A DNA stretch of 64,000 nucleotides from contig JAHJOV010000010.1 of assembly GCA_018820085.1 (NCBI GenBank), positions 12,179 to 76,178 on the forward strand. The letters run 5' to 3'. Positions 17,719 through 26,775 of the stretch are shown one piece after another. Each line of letters begins with the position of its first letter. Position 1 is the stretch's first letter. The DNA is from Patescibacteria group bacterium (lineage in GTDB: Bacteria; Patescibacteriota; Minisyncoccia; Portnoybacterales; UBA2143). A program made the position numbers and the translations under genes. The notes under the pieces were generated by a model, which saw nothing but the letters and a program-made list of their open reading frames with translations, was not told the origin of the DNA and ran no database searches.

Positions 17719-19014
17719 TTGAAAATTGAGATTATGTTAAAACAATCAAGTACAATAAAATTATTTAAAAAAATCAAGATTGATTCCTCTTGGGCTTTTG
17801 CTGATAAAACTAGAAAAGATACTGCATATATCACTCATGGTTATCATCGCTATCCTGCAAAATTTATTCCGCAAATCGTTTCTCGATTAATTGAAAGATA
17901 TACTAAGAAAGGAGATTTGGTAGTTGATCCATTTGGTGGATGTGGAACAACTTTAGTTGAATCAAAAGTTAATGGTAGACAGTCAATCGGAGTAGATATA
18001 AATCCTGTTGCAGTTTTAATAGCAAAAGCAAAAAAAACTCCAATTAAACCCCTTAAATTAGAAAAATATTACTTAAAATTAAAAAATAAAATAGATTCTT
18101 TTAATAGAAATGCAAAAGTAAGAGTTCCTGAGCACATAAGGATTGATTATTGGTTTGGACCCGAGAAAAAAAAAGAGCTTGCTTTTCTTTTTTCTGAAAT
18201 TTCAAGAATAAAGGATCAGGACGTAAGAGATTTTTTCTATTGTGGTTTTTCAAATATTCTCAAAAATTGTTCAATCTGGCTTCAAAAAAGCAATAAACCA
18301 ACAAGGGATTTTGATAAAAAAATACCTGAACCATTTATGGTTTTTCTACGACAGATTAAAATGATGTTAAGGGGTAATCTTAATTTCTATAATCTTTTAC
18401 AAGAAAGAAAATTTTTAGAAAAGACTTGCGATGTATATTGCGCTGATGCAAGAGAGATACCGGTAAAAACTAATTCAGTTAACTTAATCGTTACTTCTCC
18501 ACCTTATGTTACGTCGTATGAATATGCTGATTTACATCAACTTACTGCTCTTTGGTTTAAATATACCAAAGATTTAAGTGATTTTAGAAAAAGGTTTATA
18601 GGTACTTATCATAATGGAGTAAAGGATATAGTTTTAAACAGCGAAATAGCAGAAGATATAAGACGAAGCTTAGAAAAAAAAGATAAGAAAACAGCTAAAG
18701 AGGTAAGTATATATTTTAGTGAAATGAATCATTGTTTTAAGGAAATGAAAAGAACATTAAAGAAAGGTGGAAGGTCTTGTATTGTTATAGGTAATACAAG
18801 TTTAAAGGGTATAAATATTTTAAATGCAGAGGTATTTACTGAACAATTACAAAATTTAGGGCTTAGAATTGATGATATCATCAAGAGAAAGATTCCTTCA
18901 AAGAATCTACCATCTACTAGAAATAAAAAAACAGGTCGTTTTGCAAAAGCAACGGATAAAAACAAAATTAACATTTATCCAACAGAATATATTTTAATAA
19001 CAAAAAAAGTATGA
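17719..19014 (+). CDS. Alpha-class DNA methyltransferase (motif I DPFGGCGTT ... motif IV SPPY)
   Basis: LVVDPFGGCGTTLVE (motif I) at about aa 65 and LIVTSPPYVTSYEY (motif IV) at about aa 260, with a long target-recognition region between. 431 aa. Confidence 0.75.
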   Translation: MKIEIMLKQSSTIKLFKKIKIDSSWAFADKTRKDTAYITHGYHRYPAKFIPQIVSRLIERYTKKGDLVVDPFGGCGTTLVESKVNGRQSIGVDINPVAVLIAKAKKTPIKPLKLEKYYLKLKNKIDSFNRNAKVRVPEHIRIDYWFGPEKKKELAFLFSEISRIKDQDVRDFFYCGFSNILKNCSIWLQKSNKPTRDFDKKIPEPFMVFLRQIKMMLRGNLNFYNLLQERKFLEKTCDVYCADAREIPVKTNSVNLIVTSPPYVTSYEYADLHQLTALWFKYTKDLSDFRKRFIGTYHNGVKDIVLNSEIAEDIRRSLEKKDKKTAKEVSIYFSEMNHCFKEMKRTLKKGGRSCIVIGNTSLKGINILNAEVFTEQLQNLGLRIDDIIKRKIPSKNLPSTRNKKTGRFAKATDKNKINIYPTEYILITKKV

Positions 19015-19703
19015 TTAAATTCACAAACAATTTTCAAGAAAATGTAGTTCCTCTTATCGAAGATTTTTCTAAAAAATATGGTAACGAACAAGTGCATAGA
19101 TATTTTTTTGAGATACTTACAAAAACAAAAGAATTATATCAACTAAATTGTGAAAAAGACAAAGGACAAAGTTGGCGAAATGAAAGTGGGACCATGCTGG
19201 AAAATTTAGTCGTCTATTTTATACAAGAAGAGGTTAAGAAGTTGGGATATGATTTGATTACTGATGATCAAATAAAAAAAGCATCGCAAGGTAATAAGAT
19301 AATAAGTAAGGTATATCGCAATATTGTTATTCGTTATGGTGATTATTCTATTTTGCCGGACGGCGATATTATTATTTATAACCCTAAAAATGGCAAAGTG
19401 TTATCTATTATTTCCTGCAAAAATTCTTTGCGTGAGCGATATGCACAAACTTTATATTGGAAACTTAAGCTTTCCTTAGATCCTATAACCAAACCGATTA
19501 AAATGTATTTTATTACTATTGATAAAGAAATTGGCAAAAAACCAGAACTTGATATTAATCCGAAAAATGGACCGACAAAACCAAGGATATTGTTAGAACA
19601 TGAAATGGATGGTGTTTATGTTGGCAGAGAATTACAGGATGCGAGCGATAAAGTAAAGGAGTTTGATAAATTCATTGATGATTTAAAAAAAATACTAAAA
19701 TAA
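19011..19703 (+). CDS. Putative type II restriction endonuclease of RM module 2
   Basis: 4-bp ATGA overlap with the upstream MTase. Possible PD-(D/E)xK-like core (ILPDGDIIIY...VLSIISCK). No confident family assignment. Confidence 0.3.
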   Translation: MIKFTNNFQENVVPLIEDFSKKYGNEQVHRYFFEILTKTKELYQLNCEKDKGQSWRNESGTMLENLVVYFIQEEVKKLGYDLITDDQIKKASQGNKIISKVYRNIVIRYGDYSILPDGDIIIYNPKNGKVLSIISCKNSLRERYAQTLYWKLKLSLDPITKPIKMYFITIDKEIGKKPELDINPKNGPTKPRILLEHEMDGVYVGRELQDASDKVKEFDKFIDDLKKILK

Positions 19704-19706
19704 TTT

Positions 19707-20096
19707 ATGGATACAAAAACACAAATTTTAATAATAATTATTTCCTCATTAATATCAGGCATCATTGGCGTCATTATCTCAATTATTTATCATAGAAAAT
19801 ATGAACAACATAAGATTAAAATTGATACATTGAAAAATTTTGTAGCATATAGATATAATACAAAAAGTGTTGAATTTATGAAAACAATTAATGAGATATT
19901 TATCGTATTTCGAAATTCCAAAGAAGTTATAAATACTTTAAATAAGTTACATGAATACATTTCTACAAATCAAAAAGATTTAGCAAGTGATTATCTTGTT
20001 AAACTATTTAAAGCAATGTGTAGAGATTTAAAAATAAATATCAATAAATTTGCTGATGACTCTATCTTCATTCGCACTTTTGACATAAAAGAATAA
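19707..20096 (+). CDS. Hypothetical small protein with N-terminal TM helix
   Basis: ORF track. TM segment ILIIIISSLISGIIGVIISIIY. Tightly packed between the REase candidate and the second MTase. Confidence 0.25.
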   Translation: MDTKTQILIIIISSLISGIIGVIISIIYHRKYEQHKIKIDTLKNFVAYRYNTKSVEFMKTINEIFIVFRNSKEVINTLNKLHEYISTNQKDLASDYLVKLFKAMCRDLKININKFADDSIFIRTFDIKE

Positions 20097-20099
20097 AGT

Positions 20100-20783
20100 A
20101 TGCAAATAGAATCAACAACGCTTTGGGATTTTCTGAGGCAAAATTATGGTGATAAGCCACATGGAAATAATAGATATAATAGCGTTACTCCGGCAATGAT
20201 AATTTGGAATTTATTGCAGAGATATACAAAAGAAGGTGATTTAGTCGTTGATCCTATGTGTGGAAGTGGAACAACTATTGATGTTGCAAAAGAATTAAAT
20301 AGAAAAGTAATCGGATATGATCTTAATATTGTAAGGCCTGATGTAATTAAAAACGATTCTCGTAGAATCCCGCTTCAAGATAATAGTGTTGATTTTGTTT
20401 TTATTGATTCGCCTTATTCTAATAATATTAAATATTCAAATGATGAAAAATGTATTGGTAAAATATCTTGTGAAAGTGAAGAATTTTATAATGAATTAGA
20501 AAAAACAGCAAGTGAAATTGCGAGAATTCTAAAACCAGATAAGGTGATGGGTTGGGTTATTGCTGATCAATGGATAAAGAGAAAATTTACACCTGCAGGA
20601 TTTTTAGTATGGCAGAGGTTGGAAAAATATTTTGAACCAATGGATATTGTCTGTTTGACAAGACATAATCAGACATCAAATACTGGTATTTGGCACGATA
20701 GAGCCAGACAGTATAATTTCTATTTAAGAGGGTTCAAATATTTGTTTATTATGAAGAAGCCAGAGGCGTTGTCCTTAAAATGA
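20100..20783 (+). CDS. Second, small DNA methyltransferase of RM module 2 (motif I ... DSPY)
   Basis: LVVDPMCGSGTTIDVA (motif I) and VDFVFIDSPYSNN (motif IV, D/S-PPY class variant). 227 aa. Confidence 0.7.
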   Translation: MQIESTTLWDFLRQNYGDKPHGNNRYNSVTPAMIIWNLLQRYTKEGDLVVDPMCGSGTTIDVAKELNRKVIGYDLNIVRPDVIKNDSRRIPLQDNSVDFVFIDSPYSNNIKYSNDEKCIGKISCESEEFYNELEKTASEIARILKPDKVMGWVIADQWIKRKFTPAGFLVWQRLEKYFEPMDIVCLTRHNQTSNTGIWHDRARQYNFYLRGFKYLFIMKKPEALSLK

Positions 20784-20801
20784 CGCCTATGGCAAACAAC
20801 C

Positions 20802-20864
20802 AGAGGTCGGACCTAAAAAGCGGAACCTTTACTGAAGGTTCCTACTTTTTGAGGTCGGACCTCT
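20802..20864. repeat. Family-2 REP/MITE-like element (variant inner arm aaaaagcggaacc/ggttcctacttttt)
   Basis: agaggtcggacctaaaaagcggaacctttactgaaggttcctactttttgaggtcggacctct. Confidence 0.8.
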
Positions 20865-20879
20865 AGGTCATTCTAGGGA

Positions 20880-20924
20880 TTAAATCTGGATTCCCGCTTT
20901 CGCGGGAATGACAAGGAAGTTAGT
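20880..20924. repeat. Partial family-1 repeat
   Basis: aaatctggattcccgctttcgcgggaatgacaagg. One hairpin of the family-1 element. Confidence 0.7.
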
Positions 20925-20976
20925 TATAATTATGAATCGCTTGGTTTAATAGGGGAAAAATGATAAAATAAGATAA

Positions 20977-22038
20977 ATGTTTAATTTTTCGCAAAAACCA
21001 GCTTTCGGTTTGGATTTAAGTGATATTTCTTTAAAGGCTGTTCAGCTTGAAAAAAAGAATGGAGGTTTAGCTTTAATTGATTTTGTTAATCAAGAAATTC
21101 CTCAAGGACTGGTTAAAGAAGGAGAAATAAAAAAAGAAAAAGAATTAATTAATCTTTTTAAAAAAACCCTTGGTCAAACAGGAAGCCCATTTAGGAATGG
21201 ACGAGTGGTTTGTAATTTACCAGAAGAAAAGGTTTTTACCAGAATTATTCAGTTGCCTAAAATGAAAGAGAGTGAACTTGAAAAAGCAATTACTTGGGAA
21301 GCAGATGCTAATATTCCCTTAAGTATTAATGAGGTTTATCTAGGTTGGCAAATTGTTGATCCAATTTTTGAACATATTGATCATCTTGATGTTTTAATTG
21401 CTGCTGCGCCACGAGTTTTAATAGACAGTTATTTGAGTTTTTTGAAAAAAAGTGGACTAAAACCTATTGCTTTAGAGCCAGAATCAATTGCTGTGATTAG
21501 AAGTTTAATGACTAAAGATGATTTAACTCCAAGTATTGTTGTCGATCTGGGGGCAGTTGGAACTAATTTCGTTATTTTTTCCGCTTTAGCTATTCGTTTT
21601 ACCTCTCATATCGATATTTCTGGCCGACTATTTAATCAATCAATTATTAAAGAGTTAAAAGTAGATGAGAAAGAAGCCAATAAGTTGAAGATAGAGATTG
21701 GTTTGGATCAGAAGAATGACAAGAGAGTTTATAAGGCTCTTAAACCAATTATTAATAATTTAGCCAAAAAAATTAAAAGCTATATTTCTTTCTATCATGA
21801 ACACGCTACTCATGTTCATGGTCCAGACGGGGCTATCGGTCAAGTAATTCTTTGTGGAGGTGATTCTCTTTTAAATAATTTACCCGAAGTTTTAACAGAA
21901 AAATTAGGATTGCCTGTTAAAATGGGGAACCCGTTAACTAATCTTTTATCAGGAGATAAAAAAGAGACGACTATTCATCAAAAAGAATCTTTTGTTTATA
22001 CCACCGCCATAGGGTTAGCTCTTAGAGAATTACTTTAA
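20977..22038 (+). CDS. pilM: Type IV pilus assembly ATPase-fold protein PilM
   Basis: N-terminus FGLDLSDISLKAVQL and actin-like ATPase fold motifs. Followed by pilN-like and pilO-like genes. Confidence 0.7.
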   Translation: MFNFSQKPAFGLDLSDISLKAVQLEKKNGGLALIDFVNQEIPQGLVKEGEIKKEKELINLFKKTLGQTGSPFRNGRVVCNLPEEKVFTRIIQLPKMKESELEKAITWEADANIPLSINEVYLGWQIVDPIFEHIDHLDVLIAAAPRVLIDSYLSFLKKSGLKPIALEPESIAVIRSLMTKDDLTPSIVVDLGAVGTNFVIFSALAIRFTSHIDISGRLFNQSIIKELKVDEKEANKLKIEIGLDQKNDKRVYKALKPIINNLAKKIKSYISFYHEHATHVHGPDGAIGQVILCGGDSLLNNLPEVLTEKLGLPVKMGNPLTNLLSGDKKETTIHQKESFVYTTAIGLALRELL

Positions 22039-22045
22039 GAATAAT

Positions 22046-22612
22046 ATGTTTAAGGTTAATCTTTTACCACCTCAAGAAAAGAAGAAATTAGAACTGGCTG
22101 AACTAAGTCATATTTTAGCTTTTTCAGCTGTCCGTTTAGTAGTCATCTTAATAATTTTTATTTTGGTTTTAATTAGCGCTTATTTTTGTTTGCGTATTCT
22201 TATTAATACTCAAAATGATTTAATAGAAGTTAGACAAAGAGATGAAAAGGCTCAGCTTCAGACTGAAGTTGAAGAAAAAATTCAACGACTTAATCAAGAT
22301 GCCAAAAAAATTTATCTTAAGCAGAATAATCTAATCGTTTGGGTTCCTATTTTAGAAGAATTAAGTGAAATTACTCCTTCTGGAATTTATCTAATTAATT
22401 TTTCTTATCGGACATCTACTGGTCAAATTGACCTTAATGGTTGGGCTGATAATAGGGATAAACTTTTAGTTTTTGAGAACTTATTAAAAGAAAGTTCCTA
22501 TTTTGAGGAAATAAAGTCACCTTTAACTAATTTAATTAAGCAAACTAATATTAACTTTAGTTTCACTCTTAAGTTGCCTTCTTTTGAAGAGGGCGAGAAC
22601 GCAATAGAATGA
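22046..22612 (+). CDS. pilN: PilN-like type IV pilus assembly protein
   Basis: Single N-terminal TM helix followed by coiled coil. Synteny after pilM. Confidence 0.5.
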   Translation: MFKVNLLPPQEKKKLELAELSHILAFSAVRLVVILIIFILVLISAYFCLRILINTQNDLIEVRQRDEKAQLQTEVEEKIQRLNQDAKKIYLKQNNLIVWVPILEELSEITPSGIYLINFSYRTSTGQIDLNGWADNRDKLLVFENLLKESSYFEEIKSPLTNLIKQTNINFSFTLKLPSFEEGENAIE

Positions 22613-23166
22613 ATGATTCTCAAAAAAAATTGATTGGTTCCTTGGGGATTGCTTTGGTTGTCTTAGTTCTTTTTATTTATTTTGTTATTTCCCCTTTGAT
22701 AGGGAAGATTAAAGAATCATCTCAGGAATATTTAGTTAATCGAGAAATTTTAGCTCAATTAGATCAAAAAGAATTTTTATTTAATGATTTGGGAAAGAGT
22801 TATCAGGAAAAACAGGATCAATTATTGATGATTGAAGGGACTTTTTTAAAACAAGAGGAAACAGTTGGTTTTATTTCTGATTTAGAAAAGATTGCTAAGC
22901 AAACAGGAAATATTTTTGAAATTAAAACGGCCCAATCTTATATTCCTTCGGATGATGAAATTGGAGGGACTTTTCTTAGTTTAAATATCTCTCTCTGGGG
23001 TGACTTTAATGATTTACTTGAATTTTTAGCTAATTTAGAAGATAGTCCTTATCCGCCTTACCGTTTATTAGAAATAGATAGTTTATCAATTAATAGATTA
23101 GAAGACGATGATTTTAATGATGGTGATTTGGAAACTATCTTAGGAATTAAAATTTATACCCAATAA
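22609..23166 (+). CDS. pilO: PilO-like type IV pilus assembly protein
   Basis: N-terminal TM helix and coiled coil. 4-bp overlap with pilN. Assignment is by synteny. Confidence 0.4.
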   Translation: MNDSQKKLIGSLGIALVVLVLFIYFVISPLIGKIKESSQEYLVNREILAQLDQKEFLFNDLGKSYQEKQDQLLMIEGTFLKQEETVGFISDLEKIAKQTGNIFEIKTAQSYIPSDDEIGGTFLSLNISLWGDFNDLLEFLANLEDSPYPPYRLLEIDSLSINRLEDDDFNDGDLETILGIKIYTQ

Positions 23167-23171
23167 AAATA

Positions 23172-23444
23172 ATGATTAGAATCTCACCAGAAAAAATATC
23201 TTATTTCCTAAAAAAATACCATTTTTGGATTTTAGGATTAATTCTTTTTTTATTACTCTCTTTTAGCGCTTTTATTTATTACAAGAATGTTTATTTAGTA
23301 ATCAATACTCAAGTTGAATCAGCTGGTGAAGAAATAACTATTGATGAATATATTCTTGGTAAAATTATGGGTAATATAGAAGAAAGAGAGAATAATTTAT
23401 TTCGAGTTGAAACGAAAAATTACTATAATCCTTTTAAAGATTGA
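23172..23444 (+). CDS. Small TM protein (possible PilP-like accessory)
   Basis: ORF track. One TM helix. Position after pilMNO. Confidence 0.2.
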   Translation: MIRISPEKISYFLKKYHFWILGLILFLLLSFSAFIYYKNVYLVINTQVESAGEEITIDEYILGKIMGNIEERENNLFRVETKNYYNPFKD

Positions 23445-23521
23445 CTTTTGGAGTTTAGTCTTGAGAAAAATGAACCTTCATGTTATACTTTATATGAGTA
23501 AATAGATGGAGGTTTATTTTT

Positions 23522-24178
23522 ATGAAACAAAAAGAAAAATTAAGAGCAGTTGAATTAAGGAAGAAAGGAAAGAGTTATAGTGAAATTTTAAAAAAGATTT
23601 CAGTATGTAAGAGTACTCTAAGTTTATGGTTAAGGGATGTGGAGTTGACTTCTAAACAGTTAGATGATCTTTATAAAAGGGGGCGGGAGAGATGTCGTTA
23701 TAATGGAGCGAAGGCAAACCAACAGAAAAGGATAGAAAGAACTAAATTAATTATCGAAGAAGCAAAAAAAGAATCAAGAATTTTATTTAAAAACCCTTTA
23801 TTTTTATCAGGACTCATGTTATATTGGGCGGAAGGAACTAAGAAAGGAGAGGTTGTAGATTTTAGCAATTCTGATCCAGAAATGATAAAATTAATGATGA
23901 AGTGGTTTAGATCAATATGTAAGGTTCCAGAAGAAAAGTTCAAAATCAATCTCTATATACATGAGTTACATTGCAGGAAAGATATAGAGAAATATTGGTC
24001 AAGCATTACAAAAGTTCCATTGTCTCAATTTCATAAAACCCAAATCAAGTCCACTACTTTAAAACACAGGAAGAATCCTCTTTATGACGGTACATGTTCT
24101 GTTAGAATATACAACAAAGATCTGTTTAGAAAAATTAAAGGATGGAGAATAGGGGTATTAAAAAAAATTGATAGATAG
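23522..24178 (+). CDS. Hypothetical protein with N-terminal HTH-like segment
   Basis: RAVELRKKGKSYSEILKKISVCKSTLSLWLRD resembles a short HTH. The rest is unassigned. Lies just upstream of tRNA-Arg and the recombinase. Confidence 0.3.
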   Translation: MKQKEKLRAVELRKKGKSYSEILKKISVCKSTLSLWLRDVELTSKQLDDLYKRGRERCRYNGAKANQQKRIERTKLIIEEAKKESRILFKNPLFLSGLMLYWAEGTKKGEVVDFSNSDPEMIKLMMKWFRSICKVPEEKFKINLYIHELHCRKDIEKYWSSITKVPLSQFHKTQIKSTTLKHRKNPLYDGTCSVRIYNKDLFRKIKGWRIGVLKKIDR

Positions 24179-24187
24179 TTTATATAT

Positions 24188-24264
24188 GTGCCTGTAGCTC
24201 AGCCGGATAGAGCAACTCCCTTCTAAGGAGTAGGTCGCAGGTTCGAATCCTGCCAGGCGCACCA
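24188..24264 (+). tRNA. tRNA-Arg (anticodon TCT)
   Basis: 77-nt cloverleaf folded by hand: acceptor gtgcctg/caggcgc, D-arm gctc-agccggata-gagc, anticodon stem actcc/ggagt with loop cTTCTAa, T-arm gcagg-ttcgaat-cctgc, discriminator A, encoded CCA. Confidence 0.85.
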
Positions 24265-25719
24265 GTAAGGAAAAGTCAAATTTCGGTGGTTCGCCTCGCT
24301 TCGCTCGGCGACCAAATTGAACGGAATTTTGGGCGAAAAAATCAGTTGGCGGTTTTGTAAAATGTGGTTCGAGCCGATATTTTTCAGAAATGTTGCCATT
24401 TCTTTTTTGTTTTCGGCTTCTACTAATTTAGTGGCTTGATTAAGCGATAAAACGAATTCGCGAGCCGGTTCGAGCCAAGACAAACCTTTTTGCTCAAAGT
24501 CGCTAATTTTTTCTTGAAACCCTACCTTTTGCGATAATAATTCCTGTTTTTTGGCGGCATATTCTTCTGTGGATAAAGCGTCTGTCAAAAACACATCGAG
24601 CAATTTCGCAAGTTTTGTTTCTATTCGGTTTAATTGTTCTTTTAAACTTTCTATTTTTGATTGCGTTTGTTGTTTTGCTTGTTCTTGCTCTGCTTCCAAC
24701 GCCGCCAAAACTTTTTCCGTGTTTTGGCTCGACAAAGAAACTTTTTGAAGAAAGGATTTAATCTGTTCTGCTAAAAGTTCCTCGCGCAAATAATGCTTTT
24801 CTTGGCAAATTCCTTTTTTCTTAGTGCAACGATAATAATTATGTCCCTTCTGGATTTCAGCGGTGATACTTGCTCCGCAAGAAGCGCATTTTAGCAGGCC
24901 GAGAAAAGCAAAATTATGTTTTCTTACTTCTTGCACTTTTCCTCGCTTGCTCATCACTTCTTGGCAGGTATCAAAAAGTTTCTTTGAAATTAACGGCTCG
25001 TGTTGTCCCTCAAAAATTTCCCCGCGATATTTCATCAAGCCAATATAGAAAATATTTTGTAGAATTTTTTGCACATTACTAATAGCTACCTCTCTGCCAA
25101 GATTCCCTCGCAGATTTTTTTCTTTGCACCAATTTGCGAGAAATTTTAGGGTAAATTCGCCAGTGGCGTATAGTTCAAAAAGTTTTTTTACTTTGCTTGA
25201 TTTTTCTCGGTCAATATCAATCATTCTCGTTTTAGGATTGTTTAAATAACCCACTGGCGCCCAGCCGGGCCAGACGCCGTTTCTGATTTTTTGCCGCAAC
25301 CCTCTTTTCACATTCTCTCGCAAATTGTCCACAAAATATTCTGATTGGCCAAAAGCGATGTTCAGCATAAATAATCCTTGCGGTGTCGGTTCAAACCAAA
25401 AAGTGGGAAATTTGAGGGACTTAATCAAGCCGCGATCTACAAAATGGATAATCTTTCCGCCGTCCACGGAATTGCGAGCTAACCTGTCTGGGTGCCACGA
25501 AATTATCCCGTCTGCTTTCCCTTGTTCCAGAAATGACAACATTTCGGCGAATTTTATTCGTCCAGGTTCTTTGGCAGTTTTTGCCTCGCATAGCGAGGCG
25601 ACAATTTCAAGTTTTTCTTTGGCGGCAAATTCTTTTAGCTCAACAAGTTGAGCTTCAATACTTAAAATCTGCCTGTCATCTTCTTCCGTACTTTTGCGAG
25701 CGTAGATAATGTATTTCAT
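24223..25719 (-). CDS. Large serine recombinase (resolvase-domain N-terminus, recombinase domain, zinc ribbon, coiled coil)
   Basis: N-terminus MKYIIYARKSTEEDDRQ with the catalytic Ser in the YARKST context. Zinc ribbon CASCG...YYRCTKKKGICQEKHY followed by coiled coil. The open frame continues through IR-A and 42 nt antisense into tRNA-Arg, so the last ~45 codons are encoded by repeat and tRNA sequence. Confidence 0.85.
   Translation of the reverse strand: MKYIIYARKSTEEDDRQILSIEAQLVELKEFAAKEKLEIVASLCEAKTAKEPGRIKFAEMLSFLEQGKADGIISWHPDRLARNSVDGGKIIHFVDRGLIKSLKFPTFWFEPTPQGLFMLNIAFGQSEYFVDNLRENVKRGLRQKIRNGVWPGWAPVGYLNNPKTRMIDIDREKSSKVKKLFELYATGEFTLKFLANWCKEKNLRGNLGREVAISNVQKILQNIFYIGLMKYRGEIFEGQHEPLISKKLFDTCQEVMSKRGKVQEVRKHNFAFLGLLKCASCGASITAEIQKGHNYYRCTKKKGICQEKHYLREELLAEQIKSFLQKVSLSSQNTEKVLAALEAEQEQAKQQTQSKIESLKEQLNRIETKLAKLLDVFLTDALSTEEYAAKKQELLSQKVGFQEKISDFEQKGLSWLEPAREFVLSLNQATKLVEAENKKEMATFLKNIGSNHILQNRQLIFSPKIPFNLVAERSEANHRNLTFPYWCAWQDSNLRPTP
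24259..24357. repeat. IR-A, left copy (99 bp, 100% identical inverted copy at 25771-25869); begins with the last 6 nt of tRNA-Arg
   Basis: gcaccagtaaggaaaagtcaaatttcggtggttcgcctcgcttcgctcggcgaccaaattgaacggaattttgggcgaaaaaatcagttggcggttttg. Exact reverse complement at 25771-25869. A diverged third copy in direct orientation at about 29720-29855. Confidence 0.9.
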
Positions 25720-25770
25720 ATTTTTTTCCTTTGTTAATTGTTAATAATTGAAAAAATTTTCTTTTACCAA

Positions 25771-25869
25771 TTCAAAACCGCCAACTGATTTTTTCGCCCA
25801 AAATTCCGTTCAATTTGGTCGCCGAGCGAAGCGAGGCGAACCACCGAAATTTGACTTTTCCTTACTGGT
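25771..25869. repeat. IR-A, right copy (inverted)
   Basis: Perfect reverse complement of 24259-24357. The continuation of the homology (rc of 24357-24385) resumes at about 25985-26012, beyond IR-B. This suggests IR-B was inserted into a once longer repeat. Confidence 0.9.
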
Positions 25870-25955
25870 GCTCTATTCTGAAAATAGTTCGAACGCATTT
25901 TGCCGCCTGCGGCGGCGACGGCCAGCCCCCAAAAATTTGAGCGGCTTCGCCGCGA
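25866..25955. repeat. IR-B, left copy (90 bp, GC-rich; inverted copy at 34344-34432 with 2 differences)
   Basis: gtgctctattctgaaaatagttcgaacgcattttgccgcctgcggcggcgacggccagcccccaaaaatttgagcggcttcgccgcgatc. It contains the internal palindromes cgccgcctgcggcggcg and ctattctgaaaatag. Its GC content contrasts with the AT-rich surroundings. Confidence 0.85.
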
Positions 25956-26053
25956 TCTTAAAAACTGCCAAAGAACCTGTAAAAAACATCGGCTCAAACC
26001 ACATTTTGTAAAAGAAAATTTTTTCATTGCTAATTATTAAATTAACATTCAAT

Positions 26054-26755
26054 ATGAACAAAGCGAAAAAGCCATGTTGTGGCAAATGGGAAGAACCAGA
26101 AAAAACATCTTCCCCAAAAGCCGCGGCAGAAATAAAACAAGAAATTAAAGTGCGATATGACCAATTTGCCAAAGAAGGTGGCTCAGCTGAAGGTTGTTGT
26201 CCTTTGGCCGGAGAAAAAGCTGAAAGTTTTGCTTTAGAACATGGGCTCTATAGCCAAGAGGATCTTGCTTTACTTCCTAAGTTAGCTATTAATCTTTCTC
26301 GAGGTTGTGGCAATCCCACTAGTTTTGCTGATATCCGGCCAGGTGAGGTAGTTGCTGATTTTGGTTGTGGTGGAGGCATTGATCTTGTTTTGGCTGCTCA
26401 TAAGGTAGGACCAACTGGAAAAGTAATAGGAATAGACTTTGCCCCCCAGATGATTGAAAGAGCAAAACAAGTAATGAAAGAAGCTGGCTTATCTGATAGA
26501 GTTGAGTTTATTTTGATGGATATAGAAAATCCACAGGTTCCAGATAATATTGCTGATGAGGCGATCTCTAACTGTGTAATTAATCTCTGTCCCTGTAAGC
26601 CCTGTGTTTACAAACAAATCTTTGATATTCTAAAGCCTGGGGGTCGTCTGGCCATCTCTGATATTGTTACTATAGGAGATGTTGACCGTAAAATTCGGGA
26701 GTACTTTCAGTCAATTTGGTCAGGATGTGTTGGTGGAGCAATAGAGGAGGGATAA
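26054..26755 (+). CDS. arsM: Arsenite S-adenosylmethionine methyltransferase ArsM-family protein
   Basis: ArsM hallmarks: GCGNPTSFADIRPGEVVADFGCGGGIDLVLAAHKVGPTGKVIGIDFAPQM and the conserved cysteine block ISNCVINLCP, then LKPGGRLAISDIV. N-terminal Cys pairs (CCGKW, CCPLAG). Likely start is the ATG at 26054; the ORF track starts at 26027. Confidence 0.7.
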   Translation: MNKAKKPCCGKWEEPEKTSSPKAAAEIKQEIKVRYDQFAKEGGSAEGCCPLAGEKAESFALEHGLYSQEDLALLPKLAINLSRGCGNPTSFADIRPGEVVADFGCGGGIDLVLAAHKVGPTGKVIGIDFAPQMIERAKQVMKEAGLSDRVEFILMDIENPQVPDNIADEAISNCVINLCPCKPCVYKQIFDILKPGGRLAISDIVTIGDVDRKIREYFQSIWSGCVGGAIEEG

Positions 26756-26775
26756 ATAAAAAAATTATTTGGATA

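Noticed and set aside
25748-26172. Three overlapping ORFs (25748-26011 +, 25764-26027 -, 25873-26172 -) with Arg/Ala-rich translations
   Set aside because: They lie entirely within the IR-A'/IR-B inverted-repeat DNA (GC-rich palindromes gccgcctgcggcggcg). The mirrored ORF at 34330-34515 is the same repeat read on the other strand, so these are translation artefacts of repeat sequence.
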